Below are positions 8,889-18,394 of a stretch of 64,000 nt of DNA, in pieces. A program made the translations under genes and the position numbers. The stretch comes from a virus: IMG/VR virus record IMGVR_UViG_3300036761_003779, positions 41,879-105,878 of that record. One strand, given 5' to 3'. The notes below the pieces were generated by a model. It had not been told where the DNA came from and did not search any database. It was given only the letters and a program-made list of their open reading frames with translations. Positions within the stretch are counted from its first letter, which is position 1. Each line of letters starts with the position of its first letter.

Positions 8889-10277
8889 TCACGGCTCCGC
8901 CTTGACGGAGAGCTGGTACGACGCTCCCAACGTCTGCGGCGTGGTGATCACCTTCACGCGGTCCGGGGCAATCCGCTCCACGATCTCCGCGCGGAGCCCG
9001 CCCGAGAAGACGTAGGCGGAGGGGTTGATGAGGTCCGCGTTGTCCGCCATCTCCCGGTCGAAGGCCACCTCCAGGGTCCGGGAGCTGGTGGCGACGACGG
9101 AGGTTACACGCGGGTGGGAGACCACCGCCATGTAGTCCGAGAGCGCCCCCGTGATGGAGGCCCCGGTGACCGTCTCGAGGTCCCCGACCACCTCCAGTCG
9201 GTACGCCTCACCGTCCGTCGTGAGCGGGATGATCAGCCGCACCGTCGTGGAGTTGACGACCACCACCGCGGTCGGGTGGAAGACCCCGGCGGGGAGGCCA
9301 ATGTACAGCGCTGTCAGCTCGTAGCTAAGTGGGTCCCGGAGGGCGTCCCCGGGCTCCCCGAGCAGCTCCATGGCGTAGGCAAAGTGGAGCGTGATCTCGC
9401 TGTCCCCCGTCTGATCCGTGGTGATAAACCCGGTGACGTTGAAGGTCTGGAAGGAGTAGACCGTCATGCCCGCGTTCGGGATCGGGGAGGCGTTGTCCTG
9501 CGCGGTTACGCGGACCCGACAGAGCATGTCCGGCTCGAACGGGACAACGTGCTCGATCCAGTAGCGGTAGCCGTTCGGGAGCGCGGTCCGCGAGGCCGGG
9601 TAGCCCGGCTGCTCCGCGTCGTTCTGCCAGATCGTCTCCCAGGTCCCGGCGCCGCGGTCCAGCTCGATCTTGGTGGCGTCGACGTTCACGCCCGTCTCAT
9701 CGTCGACAACCTCCAGGATGATGTCCGCGTCCAGGGCGACGATGGCCTGACCCGGATAGGGGTCCTGGTTCTGGAGCACCGGCGGGTCGATGTCCGGGTC
9801 GATGTCGATGGACGTGTCCGCCTGGAAGCCGGCAGCGAGGCCCCAGAACTCGTGGAGCGTCGAGGCGTCCGGGAGGTCCGTCCCGCCGACGGTGGTGAAC
9901 TCCACCTGCGGCGTCGTCCCGTCCCCGCCCACGACCACGTGCCCGTAGGTGTCAGTCAGGTGCCGGACGAGGAGGGTATATTCCCGCGGCCGGACCGGGA
10001 ACTCCTCCGTGACCAGGTCGACCGTGGCGGAGTTGACCAGCTCAACCCAGAGGACGTACAGGCGCCGCCCGGTCTCCTTCTCCCGGAGGTGGTAGTTGTC
10101 CGGGTTCCCGATGAGGGAGGAGGCCGGGTCCACGCTCAGCGGCCACTCGAAGGTCACGCGGCAGCGGCAGGAGAGCCCCGTGGCGCTCGCCCCCGTGACC
10201 TCCGTCCCAACAGGCTCTATGCCCTCCGAGAGGGTGAGGACGTCCGCCCCGAAGGAAAAGGCGTTCACGATCCTCAT
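8889..10277 (-). CDS. Ig-like repeat virion protein
   Basis: Repeated Ig-like units (PRVTSVVATSSRTLEVAFDREM..NPSAYVF; DIDPPVLQNQDP). Confidence 0.6.
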   Translation of the reverse strand: MRIVNAFSFGADVLTLSEGIEPVGTEVTGASATGLSCRCRVTFEWPLSVDPASSLIGNPDNYHLREKETGRRLYVLWVELVNSATVDLVTEEFPVRPREYTLLVRHLTDTYGHVVVGGDGTTPQVEFTTVGGTDLPDASTLHEFWGLAAGFQADTSIDIDPDIDPPVLQNQDPYPGQAIVALDADIILEVVDDETGVNVDATKIELDRGAGTWETIWQNDAEQPGYPASRTALPNGYRYWIEHVVPFEPDMLCRVRVTAQDNASPIPNAGMTVYSFQTFNVTGFITTDQTGDSEITLHFAYAMELLGEPGDALRDPLSYELTALYIGLPAGVFHPTAVVVVNSTTVRLIIPLTTDGEAYRLEVVGDLETVTGASITGALSDYMAVVSHPRVTSVVATSSRTLEVAFDREMADNADLINPSAYVFSGGLRAEIVERIAPDRVKVITTPQTLGASYQLSVKAEP

Positions 10278-12715
10278 GAGAGCACCCCCAGCGCGTAGGT
10301 GTGCCGCGCGTCCTCGGTCAGAAGCCCCTCCGCCCAGACCGTGTGCGTGTTCAGGTGGATGACCACGACCCGGTTGACGGCCTGGCCCCAGTCAAGGTTG
10401 CAGACCAGGAACTCGTCAGAGCCGTCCCGCGCGTAGGCGATGGCGGAGACCGCCAGGAAGGGCGGGAGGATGTCGTGGTTGGACCCGGGCTTGTAGACCG
10501 GGCAGCCGTACTCGAACGCCCACGCCCCGGGCCACTCCGAGACGTAGATCCCGTCGTCCGTGGCCACGTACAGCCGCGTGGGGGAGGGGCGGAGGGCCAG
10601 CCGCCACTGGGCCACGTACGAGGCCGGGTAGTGCGGCCACTCCTTCATGTACTGCGTGGCAAACGGGAAGCCGTCGAAGCCCGCCTCCCAGGCGGTCTTG
10701 GGGGCGGAGCGGATCCTCCGCGTGCTTGTCTCGATCCAGAGGACCTGTCCGGAGGGGTCGAAGGCGCACCACTCCACGCCGTCCTCGTCCACGGAGTAGG
10801 TGCTCTCCGGGTTCGGGGCGGCCGCCAGGAAGTTGCCGGGCTTCGAGCGGAAGATCTCCAGGCCGAGGCCGCCGCCCACCGCCCAGTGAAGGTAGCCCCC
10901 GGAGTCCTCCTGGTCGTAGAGCGCGACGGAGTTGCTCCCGTAGGTCTTCACCGCCCAGTCGTCGTAGTCCCCCTGGTACCCCTTCCCGGCGTTTCGGTGG
11001 ACCAGCGCCCCGGAGGCGTGCTGGCTCCCGCAGTAGAAGCCCCCGCAGATCGTCGAGGCCGCCAGCCGGTGAATCCGCGCCCGGTCCAGGCGGAAGTCGA
11101 TGAGGATGGCCCCACCCTCGACCGTCCAGGAGCAGCCCACGCTGTAGGAGATCAGGAGGACCCCGTTGCACCACGCGACCCGGTGGACGTAAGGGCTCGA
11201 GCCGTCGTGGAGGAGGTTGTTCGTCCCCCGGTTGAAGCCCATCCAGAGCTTCTTCGCCGCCGCGTCCATCAGCTCGATGGAGGTGGCGGTTGTCAGCACG
11301 GCCAGCTCCGCCGGCATGTCCGCCAGGAGGCCGCGCTCCGCGCCCGCGACCGCCCCCTCCCGGTACCAGCCGGCCCGGTTGGACGTCAGGCCGGAGTTGA
11401 TGGCGAAGCTCGAGAACTTCACGGAGCCCGTCCGGGAGGCGGACCCATCCATCCCAAGGTGGACGTAGACGTCCCCCTGCAGCGACGCGTGGGTGTAGTT
11501 GCTCCCAACCTGGACCCACGTGGCGCCGCTCCAGCGGTAGCCGGAGAGCGTCCCGGCAACCCGGGTGATCCGCAGCTTCCCGGAGACGTCCGAGGTCGTG
11601 AAGGTCCCGAGGGAGACCCAGGTCCCGGACTGCTCCCGCGCCGCCTCGTAGCGCCCGCCGGAGACGTTCCCGCGCCGCTGGATCTGGAAGTCGTTCGACC
11701 CACCGGCGCCGCCCACGTTGGCGGCAACGAACATGATCGCGGTGATCTCGTCCCCGCTGACCGTGTAGGCGGCGAAGTCGGCCTGGATGTCGAAGTCCCC
11801 CGTCAGGAGGACCCACTTCAGGTCGGAGGTCACGCGCGCGGTCTGGTAGCCCCAGGCCGGCGTCCCAAGGTGCGTGAACGTCAGCTCCCCGTCCGCGGTC
11901 AGCGTCGCGGTCCCGTAGGCGTCCGACCACCCAAGCGGGTCCTCCCCCGGGAAGCGCCACGCCAGCCGGTTCTTCCCGCCCGCCATCGACCCGAAGCCGC
12001 CCGGCCCGCACTCCTCCCCGTGGTCGTAGAAGCGCCCGTTGCGTGCCGCCCCCGTGTGCCCGAGGCCCGGCGTCCCGAACGTCCCCCGCGTCGTGTCGAC
12101 GAGGATGGCGTCGTAGTGCCAGGCCGCGTTCGCCGTCTCCCGCCCGTCCGCGTCGTAGATGTCGTCCCCCCAGTCCGAGAGCCCGGAGCCCGGGAGGGAC
12201 AGCTCCCAGTTGAGGGTGTCCTCCGCCCCGCCGCGGTCCAGGGCGCCGAGGAGGACGCCCCGGCTCTCCCCCGCGACGGCGTCGTGGAGCAGGATCCGGT
12301 CCGCCGGGCGCGTGAACTCGACCGCGCCCGCGAAGAGGTGGACCAGCCGGTCCTCCAGGCTCCCCGCCTGCGCGCTCTCGTCCGCCCGGGACATGAGCTG
12401 GTCGCCGAGCGTGAGCGGGTCCGCGCCCCAGAGCCGCGGCTGCCGCGGGTCGAGCCCGGGGTTAAGGAGCGCCGCCGCGTCGAAGGCCCCGGCCCCGGGG
12501 TCCGGGCCGCTCGGGGTCCCCGCCCCGTCGTCACCCGTCACGTCCAGCGGGCTCCGGCTCGCCCGCCCCGGAACGCGCTGGCCCATCCCGGCCGCCTGCC
12601 CGCCCACGCCCTCCGCGGCCGCCGGCCCGCCCGCGTCCGCCTGCTCCCCGGCGTCAAACGCCCCGCCGCCGGGGTAGGAGTTGGTGGGGAAGTTGTCTCG
12701 CTCTTGGTCCGCCAT
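10274..12715 (-). CDS. Large tail/baseplate-associated protein (lectin-like plus propeller-like regions)
   Basis: 813 aa; LTGDFDIQADF..GKLRITRVAGTLSGY lectin-like segment; shares a motif with the next gene. Confidence 0.6.
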   Translation of the reverse strand: MADQERDNFPTNSYPGGGAFDAGEQADAGGPAAAEGVGGQAAGMGQRVPGRASRSPLDVTGDDGAGTPSGPDPGAGAFDAAALLNPGLDPRQPRLWGADPLTLGDQLMSRADESAQAGSLEDRLVHLFAGAVEFTRPADRILLHDAVAGESRGVLLGALDRGGAEDTLNWELSLPGSGLSDWGDDIYDADGRETANAAWHYDAILVDTTRGTFGTPGLGHTGAARNGRFYDHGEECGPGGFGSMAGGKNRLAWRFPGEDPLGWSDAYGTATLTADGELTFTHLGTPAWGYQTARVTSDLKWVLLTGDFDIQADFAAYTVSGDEITAIMFVAANVGGAGGSNDFQIQRRGNVSGGRYEAAREQSGTWVSLGTFTTSDVSGKLRITRVAGTLSGYRWSGATWVQVGSNYTHASLQGDVYVHLGMDGSASRTGSVKFSSFAINSGLTSNRAGWYREGAVAGAERGLLADMPAELAVLTTATSIELMDAAAKKLWMGFNRGTNNLLHDGSSPYVHRVAWCNGVLLISYSVGCSWTVEGGAILIDFRLDRARIHRLAASTICGGFYCGSQHASGALVHRNAGKGYQGDYDDWAVKTYGSNSVALYDQEDSGGYLHWAVGGGLGLEIFRSKPGNFLAAAPNPESTYSVDEDGVEWCAFDPSGQVLWIETSTRRIRSAPKTAWEAGFDGFPFATQYMKEWPHYPASYVAQWRLALRPSPTRLYVATDDGIYVSEWPGAWAFEYGCPVYKPGSNHDILPPFLAVSAIAYARDGSDEFLVCNLDWGQAVNRVVVIHLNTHTVWAEGLLTEDARHTYALGVLS

Positions 12716-12716
12716 G

Positions 12717-14444
12717 TCACACCACCAGGAAGCCGTGCGCGGTCATCGCGCCCGCCTCCTCCAGGGTTGGGTGCGTCACCGCCCGGATGACCACGTCGTC
12801 GTGGCACCGGACCGCGAAGGCGCCGCCCAGTGGCCAGGAGGAACCGACGAGGTAGTCCGTCTTGAGCGCGCGGAGGAGCTGGATCCGCTGGACCGCCGCG
12901 GTCTCCCCCGGGAGGACCTCCCCGCCGGGCGGGCTCCCAAAGACCCCGCCCCCGCCGCCGCCCGCGATCGTGTAGCAGAGGTCGTACCCAAGGGAGACCC
13001 GGTGGACCCGCCAGACCCCGGAGGCGCCCCCGCAGTACACGTGGTTGGCGCCAACCGCGAGGGAGGTGACCGCCTCCGGAAGCTCCACCGCGGCGGAGAT
13101 CCGGCCCCGGAGGTCCCCATGCCCGGCGGTGAGCGGGTCCACGAGGACCCCGCGCCGGTAGTCTAGGCCGGCGCGGATCAGCCGGTTCTGCTGGCTCCAC
13201 CACATCTCCCCGGACCGCCCGAAGGCCACCCGCCGGATGTCCCCGACGTTGTAGACGAGGGCGGAGGGATTCTGCCAGTACTGGAACTGACCCGCGTTAT
13301 TGAGGAACTCGACGACCTCCAGCCCGTCCTCCCCGACCTGCGCCGCCCAGGCCCGCCGCGGGTCCGCCGGGTCGACGGAGACCGCCAGCGCGTGGACGTC
13401 CTCGTTGTTGATCCAGAGGGAGGGGGAGACCCCCGTGGGCGTCCACGGGTTCCCCGTGTTCCGGTTGACGATGGTCTGCCCGGCGGTCAGCCACCAGTGC
13501 CCGTCCGCGCGGATCAGCTGACCCGCGTTCTGCCCGGTGGCCTTGAAGTCCACCGCGAACAGGCCGCCGTTCTCCCAGGAGTTGGTCCGCATGCCCGCGT
13601 ACAGGACCCCGTTGACCATGCAGACGTCCCGGACGGACTCCACGCCCCGGCCCAGGAAGTGGAACTCCGTGGAGGTCGCACTGTTCCCCAGCCTGAACCG
13701 CATCCAGACCGTCAGCGTCCCGCCGGCGTGGTAGAGGTCCAGGTCGTAGATCACCACCTCCAGCCGGTCGACGATGATCAGGGCCAGGTCCGGGAAGTCG
13801 TCCCGGACCCCGCGGTCCTGGGAGGACGCCTCGGACGCCCAGGGCGCCCAGACCGGCCCCGCGTCCTCCACGCCGTTCGTGTACTTCTTCCCGTTCTGCG
13901 CGTAGCCGGAGAAGCCGCCCGCCGTCGGGGTGTGCCAGGCGTCCTTCGTCGCGTCGTAGACGAAGGCCCGGTACACCCAGTACGTCGTCAGGTGCTGATG
14001 CCCGTCCGCGTCGAGGGTCGGGAGCTGCGCGTTGTACTGCGGGTCCGCCCCCTGCCACCGGCGGTCCCGGTCGAGCGGCGCCGTCACCCCCTGCACGCCG
14101 TTCTGGTTCTCGGAGGAGAACCAGGCCCGCGTCGACAGCTGCAGCTCCACCGTCGGCGCCGCGTCGCTGTACCCCACCCCCGCCGCGCGCGTGCCGTCCG
14201 CCTCCGCGGCGTCCGCCTCCGCGGAGCCCTCCGGGAGCCGGAGGCCCGTAGAGAACTCCGGCTGCGGGCGCCTCGGTCCGCCGGCGTCCAGGAAGCGGTA
14301 GGCGTCGCATGCGCCGGCCGCGGGCTTTGGCCCCACCTCCTCCCCCGCCGGCGCCTCCGCCGGCCCGGGGAGGATCTTCTGGAGGTCCTTCCCGATGTCG
14401 AGGAGGAGCCGGTCCTCCAGGGCTCCTGCGCACGTCCTAGCCAC
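12717..14444 (-). CDS. Tail-associated beta-propeller-like protein, paralogue of 10274..12715
   Basis: 575 aa; DRGVRDDFPDLAL..VWMRFRLG aligns with ERGLLADMPAELAV..LWMGFNRG; both contain AGxLEDRL. Confidence 0.6.
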   Translation of the reverse strand: MARTCAGALEDRLLLDIGKDLQKILPGPAEAPAGEEVGPKPAAGACDAYRFLDAGGPRRPQPEFSTGLRLPEGSAEADAAEADGTRAAGVGYSDAAPTVELQLSTRAWFSSENQNGVQGVTAPLDRDRRWQGADPQYNAQLPTLDADGHQHLTTYWVYRAFVYDATKDAWHTPTAGGFSGYAQNGKKYTNGVEDAGPVWAPWASEASSQDRGVRDDFPDLALIIVDRLEVVIYDLDLYHAGGTLTVWMRFRLGNSATSTEFHFLGRGVESVRDVCMVNGVLYAGMRTNSWENGGLFAVDFKATGQNAGQLIRADGHWWLTAGQTIVNRNTGNPWTPTGVSPSLWINNEDVHALAVSVDPADPRRAWAAQVGEDGLEVVEFLNNAGQFQYWQNPSALVYNVGDIRRVAFGRSGEMWWSQQNRLIRAGLDYRRGVLVDPLTAGHGDLRGRISAAVELPEAVTSLAVGANHVYCGGASGVWRVHRVSLGYDLCYTIAGGGGGGVFGSPPGGEVLPGETAAVQRIQLLRALKTDYLVGSSWPLGGAFAVRCHDDVVIRAVTHPTLEEAGAMTAHGFLVV

Positions 14445-14694
14445 CGACTACCTCCGTGAACCCGTCGCTCCAGACCTTCATATCCCCCTCCCCGGAGGAG
14501 ACGAGCGCGGTCACTGCCGGGATCCCCGCCCATGCCGTGGCCGGGTCCGCCTCAAAGACCGCGGAGATCTCGTCCCCCGGGAAGTCCGCCGCCGTGGCGT
14601 CCCTCGCCGCCTGCGCCGCCCCGGCGTCCTCGTGCGGTCCCATGACGCCCCAGCCGTGCTCCCCGGCCCGCTTCCAGCTGTAGAAGTGCTTCAC
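14437..14694 (-). CDS. Hypothetical protein
   Basis: 85 aa, GAGAGGAGG SD, operon packing. Confidence 0.55.
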   Translation of the reverse strand: MKHFYSWKRAGEHGWGVMGPHEDAGAAQAARDATAADFPGDEISAVFEADPATAWAGIPAVTALVSSGEGDMKVWSDGFTEVVGG

Positions 14695-14707
14695 GACGCG
14701 CCTCCTC

Positions 14708-15352
14708 TCAGATCGTCACCAGCTTCAGGGTGTACTCGATGAGTAGCACCTGACTGGCCGTCTTGTTGATGATCACCGCCCGCCCCGCGGCGTCCTTGAT
14801 CCGGACGCGGCAGATACGGGCGCGGCTCACATACCCTGCCACGGAGTCCGCGTCCGCGGCAAAGTGGATCCCCACGGACCTGATGTCGCTGGAGACCCCC
14901 TCCGAGGGGAGGAATAACCACCGGCTCCGGCACTCCACCGACTCCCGCCCATCCCCGGCCACCGCGATCCGGGTGGTCTCGATCACGTCCTCGACGAACC
15001 GCTTGCCCCCACCCCCCGCCGTCTCCGCCTGGGTGTACATAGTCTCGTAGTAGCCGGTGGCAAGCTCCTCGTACGTGGGCTCGGAGGCGGTCGTCATCAG
15101 GGTAACGATCCCGAGTGCCGCGGCCGCCGTCCCGCCAAGGTCGAAGGGGTCCGTCACGTCCGGACCGCCCATCAGCTGGGAGAAGAGGAAGGCCGCGAAG
15201 TTGTCGAAAACCAGGTTCCGCGCCCGGTATCCCCCCAGGAGCGGGAGCCCGCGGAGGAGGGCGTCCGCCTCCCCCCGCCGGAGCGCCGCGCGGAAGTCCG
15301 CGTCCCGGAGTCCCCGGGCGTCGCGGTGGGTCAGTTCGAAGGTCCCTTGCAT
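14708..15352 (-). CDS. Tail fibre-anchoring/structural protein (paralogue 1)
   Basis: Shares RWLFLPSEGVSSDIRS, KRF(V/I)ED and IINKT with the adjacent gene. Confidence 0.65.
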   Translation of the reverse strand: MQGTFELTHRDARGLRDADFRAALRRGEADALLRGLPLLGGYRARNLVFDNFAAFLFSQLMGGPDVTDPFDLGGTAAAALGIVTLMTTASEPTYEELATGYYETMYTQAETAGGGGKRFVEDVIETTRIAVAGDGRESVECRSRWLFLPSEGVSSDIRSVGIHFAADADSVAGYVSRARICRVRIKDAAGRAVIINKTASQVLLIEYTLKLVTI

Positions 15353-15363
15353 GGCCGCCCCTC

Positions 15364-15999
15364 CTACACCGTGACGAGGGTGGCCACGTACTCGACGAGG
15401 AGGACGTGACGGTTCGTCTTGTTGATGATGATGGGGAGCCCCGCCTGGTTCTTCAGCCGGATCCGAGCGAAGCGGTAGGTGTAGGATTCGTAGAGGTAGT
15501 CTCCATCCAATCGGAAGTAGACGGCCAGGGATCGAATGTCACTCGAGACCCCCTCCGAGGGGAGGAACAGCCACCGCTCCCGGAGGGTGATCTCCTCCCG
15601 CCCGTCGGGCGCGCACTGGATCTGATGCGCCTCAATGTGGTCCTCGATGAACCGCTTCGCACCCGCTCCCGCGGTGTTCGGTTGCGTGGAGGGTCCACCG
15701 TAGTACTGCTCCGTCCACTCCGTGTAGGTTGGCTCCGCGTCCAGGGTGCAGAGGTTGAGGTGCGCGAACGCGGCCGCGGATGAGTTCAACGCAATCTGAG
15801 CGTACCCAGCCCCGGACATCAGGTTGACGAACTGGTAGACGGCGAACCAGTTGAAGATCAGGTTCTCCCCCTCCGCCTTCCGCTCCGTCGGGAGACCCCG
15901 GAGGAGGGCGTCCAGCTCCCCCGCCCGGGCGGCCGCGCGGAAGTCCTCGTCCCGGAGATCCCGCGACGCCTTCAGCTCGAGCTTGAAGTGACCGATCAT
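15364..15999 (-). CDS. Tail fibre-anchoring/structural protein (paralogue 2)
   Basis: Tandem paralogue of 14708..15352. Confidence 0.65.
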   Translation of the reverse strand: MIGHFKLELKASRDLRDEDFRAAARAGELDALLRGLPTERKAEGENLIFNWFAVYQFVNLMSGAGYAQIALNSSAAAFAHLNLCTLDAEPTYTEWTEQYYGGPSTQPNTAGAGAKRFIEDHIEAHQIQCAPDGREEITLRERWLFLPSEGVSSDIRSLAVYFRLDGDYLYESYTYRFARIRLKNQAGLPIIINKTNRHVLLVEYVATLVTV

Positions 16000-16008
16000 G
16001 GCGCCCTC

Positions 16009-18327
16009 CTAAGCCACCGGCAGGTCGCCGGAGACGTTGACCCGGTAGATGATGGTGAGCGCCTCCAGCGGGAGCTTCCGGACGACCTGGGTCAGGCCCG
16101 TCTTCTGCTCCTGGGAAGTGGAGAGCCCGAGCTTGGCGTTGGCCGTCCCGCCGGCCGCCGTCGACACCTTGTCGAGCTGGCTGTTGTAGCCGGCCACCGT
16201 GGCCCGGATCCAGAGGAAGCCGGCCTGGCTCCGGATCGCCTCCAGCCCGTAGCCCCGGAGCTGCTTGTTCAGGGCGTCCGCGACGGTCTGGACGTCGTTG
16301 TTTGCGATGCTCCCGGACGTGACCAGGCTCCCGAAGCTGAAGGTCCGCCAGACGCCGACCGGCCCGGGCGTCCCCGGCCCCGTCGGGGCGCCGGAGGTCG
16401 CCAGCTTGACCGCGTCGTCCACCCCCGCCGTGAAGGTGATCGAGGCCAGCTCCTCCATGATGTAGAACTCCGCCACCTCGACCGCCTTGGAGGTCACGAA
16501 CGCCTGCCCGGACGTGATCTTGATCCCCCGGGTCGCGCGCGGTGAGTTGAACCTGAACTCATAGCCCCGCTCCCCGCCGTCGAAGATCTCCGTGGCCTTC
16601 CCAGAGCCGGTGAAGTCCACCTCCGCGCCCACGTCCGTCCAGTGGAGCGGCTGCGCCGGCTCGAGGAGGTTCGGGTCCCCGCCCACCTTGCTCGCATCCA
16701 GGAACTGGATCTTGAAGGTATTGAGGCAGTTGTCCTTAGGCGTCCCGGGCGGGAGGACGATGCGGACCCCGTGGACGTTCTGGTCCGCGGCCCAGATCCG
16801 CGCCAGCTCGTGCGGCCCGGTCACGTCTACACTCCGCCACTTCCGCTCCCCGAGGTCCACGACCCCGGTGCTCGCCTCCGCCTCCACGTTCCCGTCGAAG
16901 GCGCCGTCCCCGGTGCTCACCGTCACGACCTGCGCCGCGAAGCCGGCGGTCTCGTTGGAGACCGCCTCCAGGACGAGGACGTCCCAGGAGGTCAGGACGG
17001 TGACGATCCGCTTCGCCCCGTTGTTCCCGGCACCGGAGCCGGAGATGTCCAGCGTTCGCCCCTCGTCCGCGGCGGTGAAGTTCCCGTTCTTCATCCGGAC
17101 CCGCTTGTCGCTGGCCCAGATCTGATCCCCGACCGCGGTGGCGACGGACCGCTCCGTCACGTCCTCGTTCGAGGTCTGGTAGTAGCCCGCGCCATGCCCG
17201 TCCCCGAGGAGGTCCCCCAGGACGTACTTGTAGAGGGAGGTCGACTCGTGGACGTACACCCGGTCGGAGATCCCCTGGAGGAGCGGCGGGAGCCCGATGA
17301 CGGAGCGGACCCCGACGAGGCTGTCCGCCTCCCCGTCCCCGCACTGGATCCCGGCGGCCAGGCCGACCGCCTTAATGGGGAGGTTGTCGATGTAGTCGTC
17401 CGCGATCTCCAGCGCCGTCCCGCCGGTCATCCCGGAGACCGTGAGCGTCCCGCCGGTGTGCGTGATGGTCTTCGCCCCGATGGCGCCGCCCGTGTCGTGG
17501 GCGAGGGAGACGATCCCGGAGCCGCCGTTCGAGGCGGTGATGAAGAGCGTCGTAGCCAGGAGGGAGTTGACGACCGCGATGGTCAGGTCCCGCATCTGGT
17601 CCGCGGTCTCCGTCCCGGCGAAGCGGATGGGGACGTGGTTCGCCGGGTCCCCGTCCCACTCCGCCACGGAGGCGTCCGAGTCAAACTCGAACGTGAGCGC
17701 GTCGTTGATCCCGTCCGGGAGCGTGAACGTCGAGCCGTTCAGCCCGCCCGTCGAGCCGGCCGGGACGGTCACGGAGCCCGTGGCGTAGGTGGGCGTGTTG
17801 GCCTGCGCGAAGAAGACGTACTCAATCTCGCGGTAGGGTGCAGTTGTAGGGTACGCGATGGAGTTCCGCTTCATCCCCGGCCCGGTCGTGTCCGAGATCA
17901 GGATGGCGCGAACGCCCTTCCCCGGGAGCGCCGGGTTGACCGGGACCCGCGCATCGTACGCCCCGTCGCTCTCCGCCCACTTCACGCGGGCGTCCCCCGC
18001 CTTTGGCGGGATCGCCTCCGGGTGGTCCGCCGCCATGAAGAAGGCCGGGAACGGGTTGGTCGTCTGAGAGATGACGATGTCCGTGGGCACGTAGGGTCCG
18101 CCCGGGTGCCCAATGAGGGCGCGGTGCATGAAGGCGGAGAGCCCACGCTTCGTGATCTTGTTCTTGCTCCGGAGGTCCTGGAGCGGGTCAACCCGCGGCG
18201 ACCACTCCCCGTCCGCCCCGTGGAGGAGAAGGTCCTCCAGCTGCAGCGGCCGCCCAGCGGCGTCAATGCCGCGCTGCCTGATGAACCGGAACGAACCGGA
18301 GATCCCAGCGAAGCCCTTGCCCTTCAT
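16009..18327 (-). CDS. Multidomain tail/baseplate structural protein
   Basis: ~772 aa; discoidin-like segment (AFDGN..W..RGIKIT..VEVAEFYI); N- and C-termini resemble the two preceding paralogues. Confidence 0.6.
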   Translation of the reverse strand: MKGKGFAGISGSFRFIRQRGIDAAGRPLQLEDLLLHGADGEWSPRVDPLQDLRSKNKITKRGLSAFMHRALIGHPGGPYVPTDIVISQTTNPFPAFFMAADHPEAIPPKAGDARVKWAESDGAYDARVPVNPALPGKGVRAILISDTTGPGMKRNSIAYPTTAPYREIEYVFFAQANTPTYATGSVTVPAGSTGGLNGSTFTLPDGINDALTFEFDSDASVAEWDGDPANHVPIRFAGTETADQMRDLTIAVVNSLLATTLFITASNGGSGIVSLAHDTGGAIGAKTITHTGGTLTVSGMTGGTALEIADDYIDNLPIKAVGLAAGIQCGDGEADSLVGVRSVIGLPPLLQGISDRVYVHESTSLYKYVLGDLLGDGHGAGYYQTSNEDVTERSVATAVGDQIWASDKRVRMKNGNFTAADEGRTLDISGSGAGNNGAKRIVTVLTSWDVLVLEAVSNETAGFAAQVVTVSTGDGAFDGNVEAEASTGVVDLGERKWRSVDVTGPHELARIWAADQNVHGVRIVLPPGTPKDNCLNTFKIQFLDASKVGGDPNLLEPAQPLHWTDVGAEVDFTGSGKATEIFDGGERGYEFRFNSPRATRGIKITSGQAFVTSKAVEVAEFYIMEELASITFTAGVDDAVKLATSGAPTGPGTPGPVGVWRTFSFGSLVTSGSIANNDVQTVADALNKQLRGYGLEAIRSQAGFLWIRATVAGYNSQLDKVSTAAGGTANAKLGLSTSQEQKTGLTQVVRKLPLEALTIIYRVNVSGDLPVA

Positions 18328-18394
18328 CTCTTCCTCCACGCGGACCAGCGGGTCCGCATCTGGCCCACCGCGGCGCGTCCGCGGGGAGCGGTTG

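Noticed and set aside
14708-15999. Possible DGR template/variable repeat pair
   Set aside because: Differences are not adenine-restricted, both copies are full diverged ORFs, and there is no reverse transcriptase in the window.
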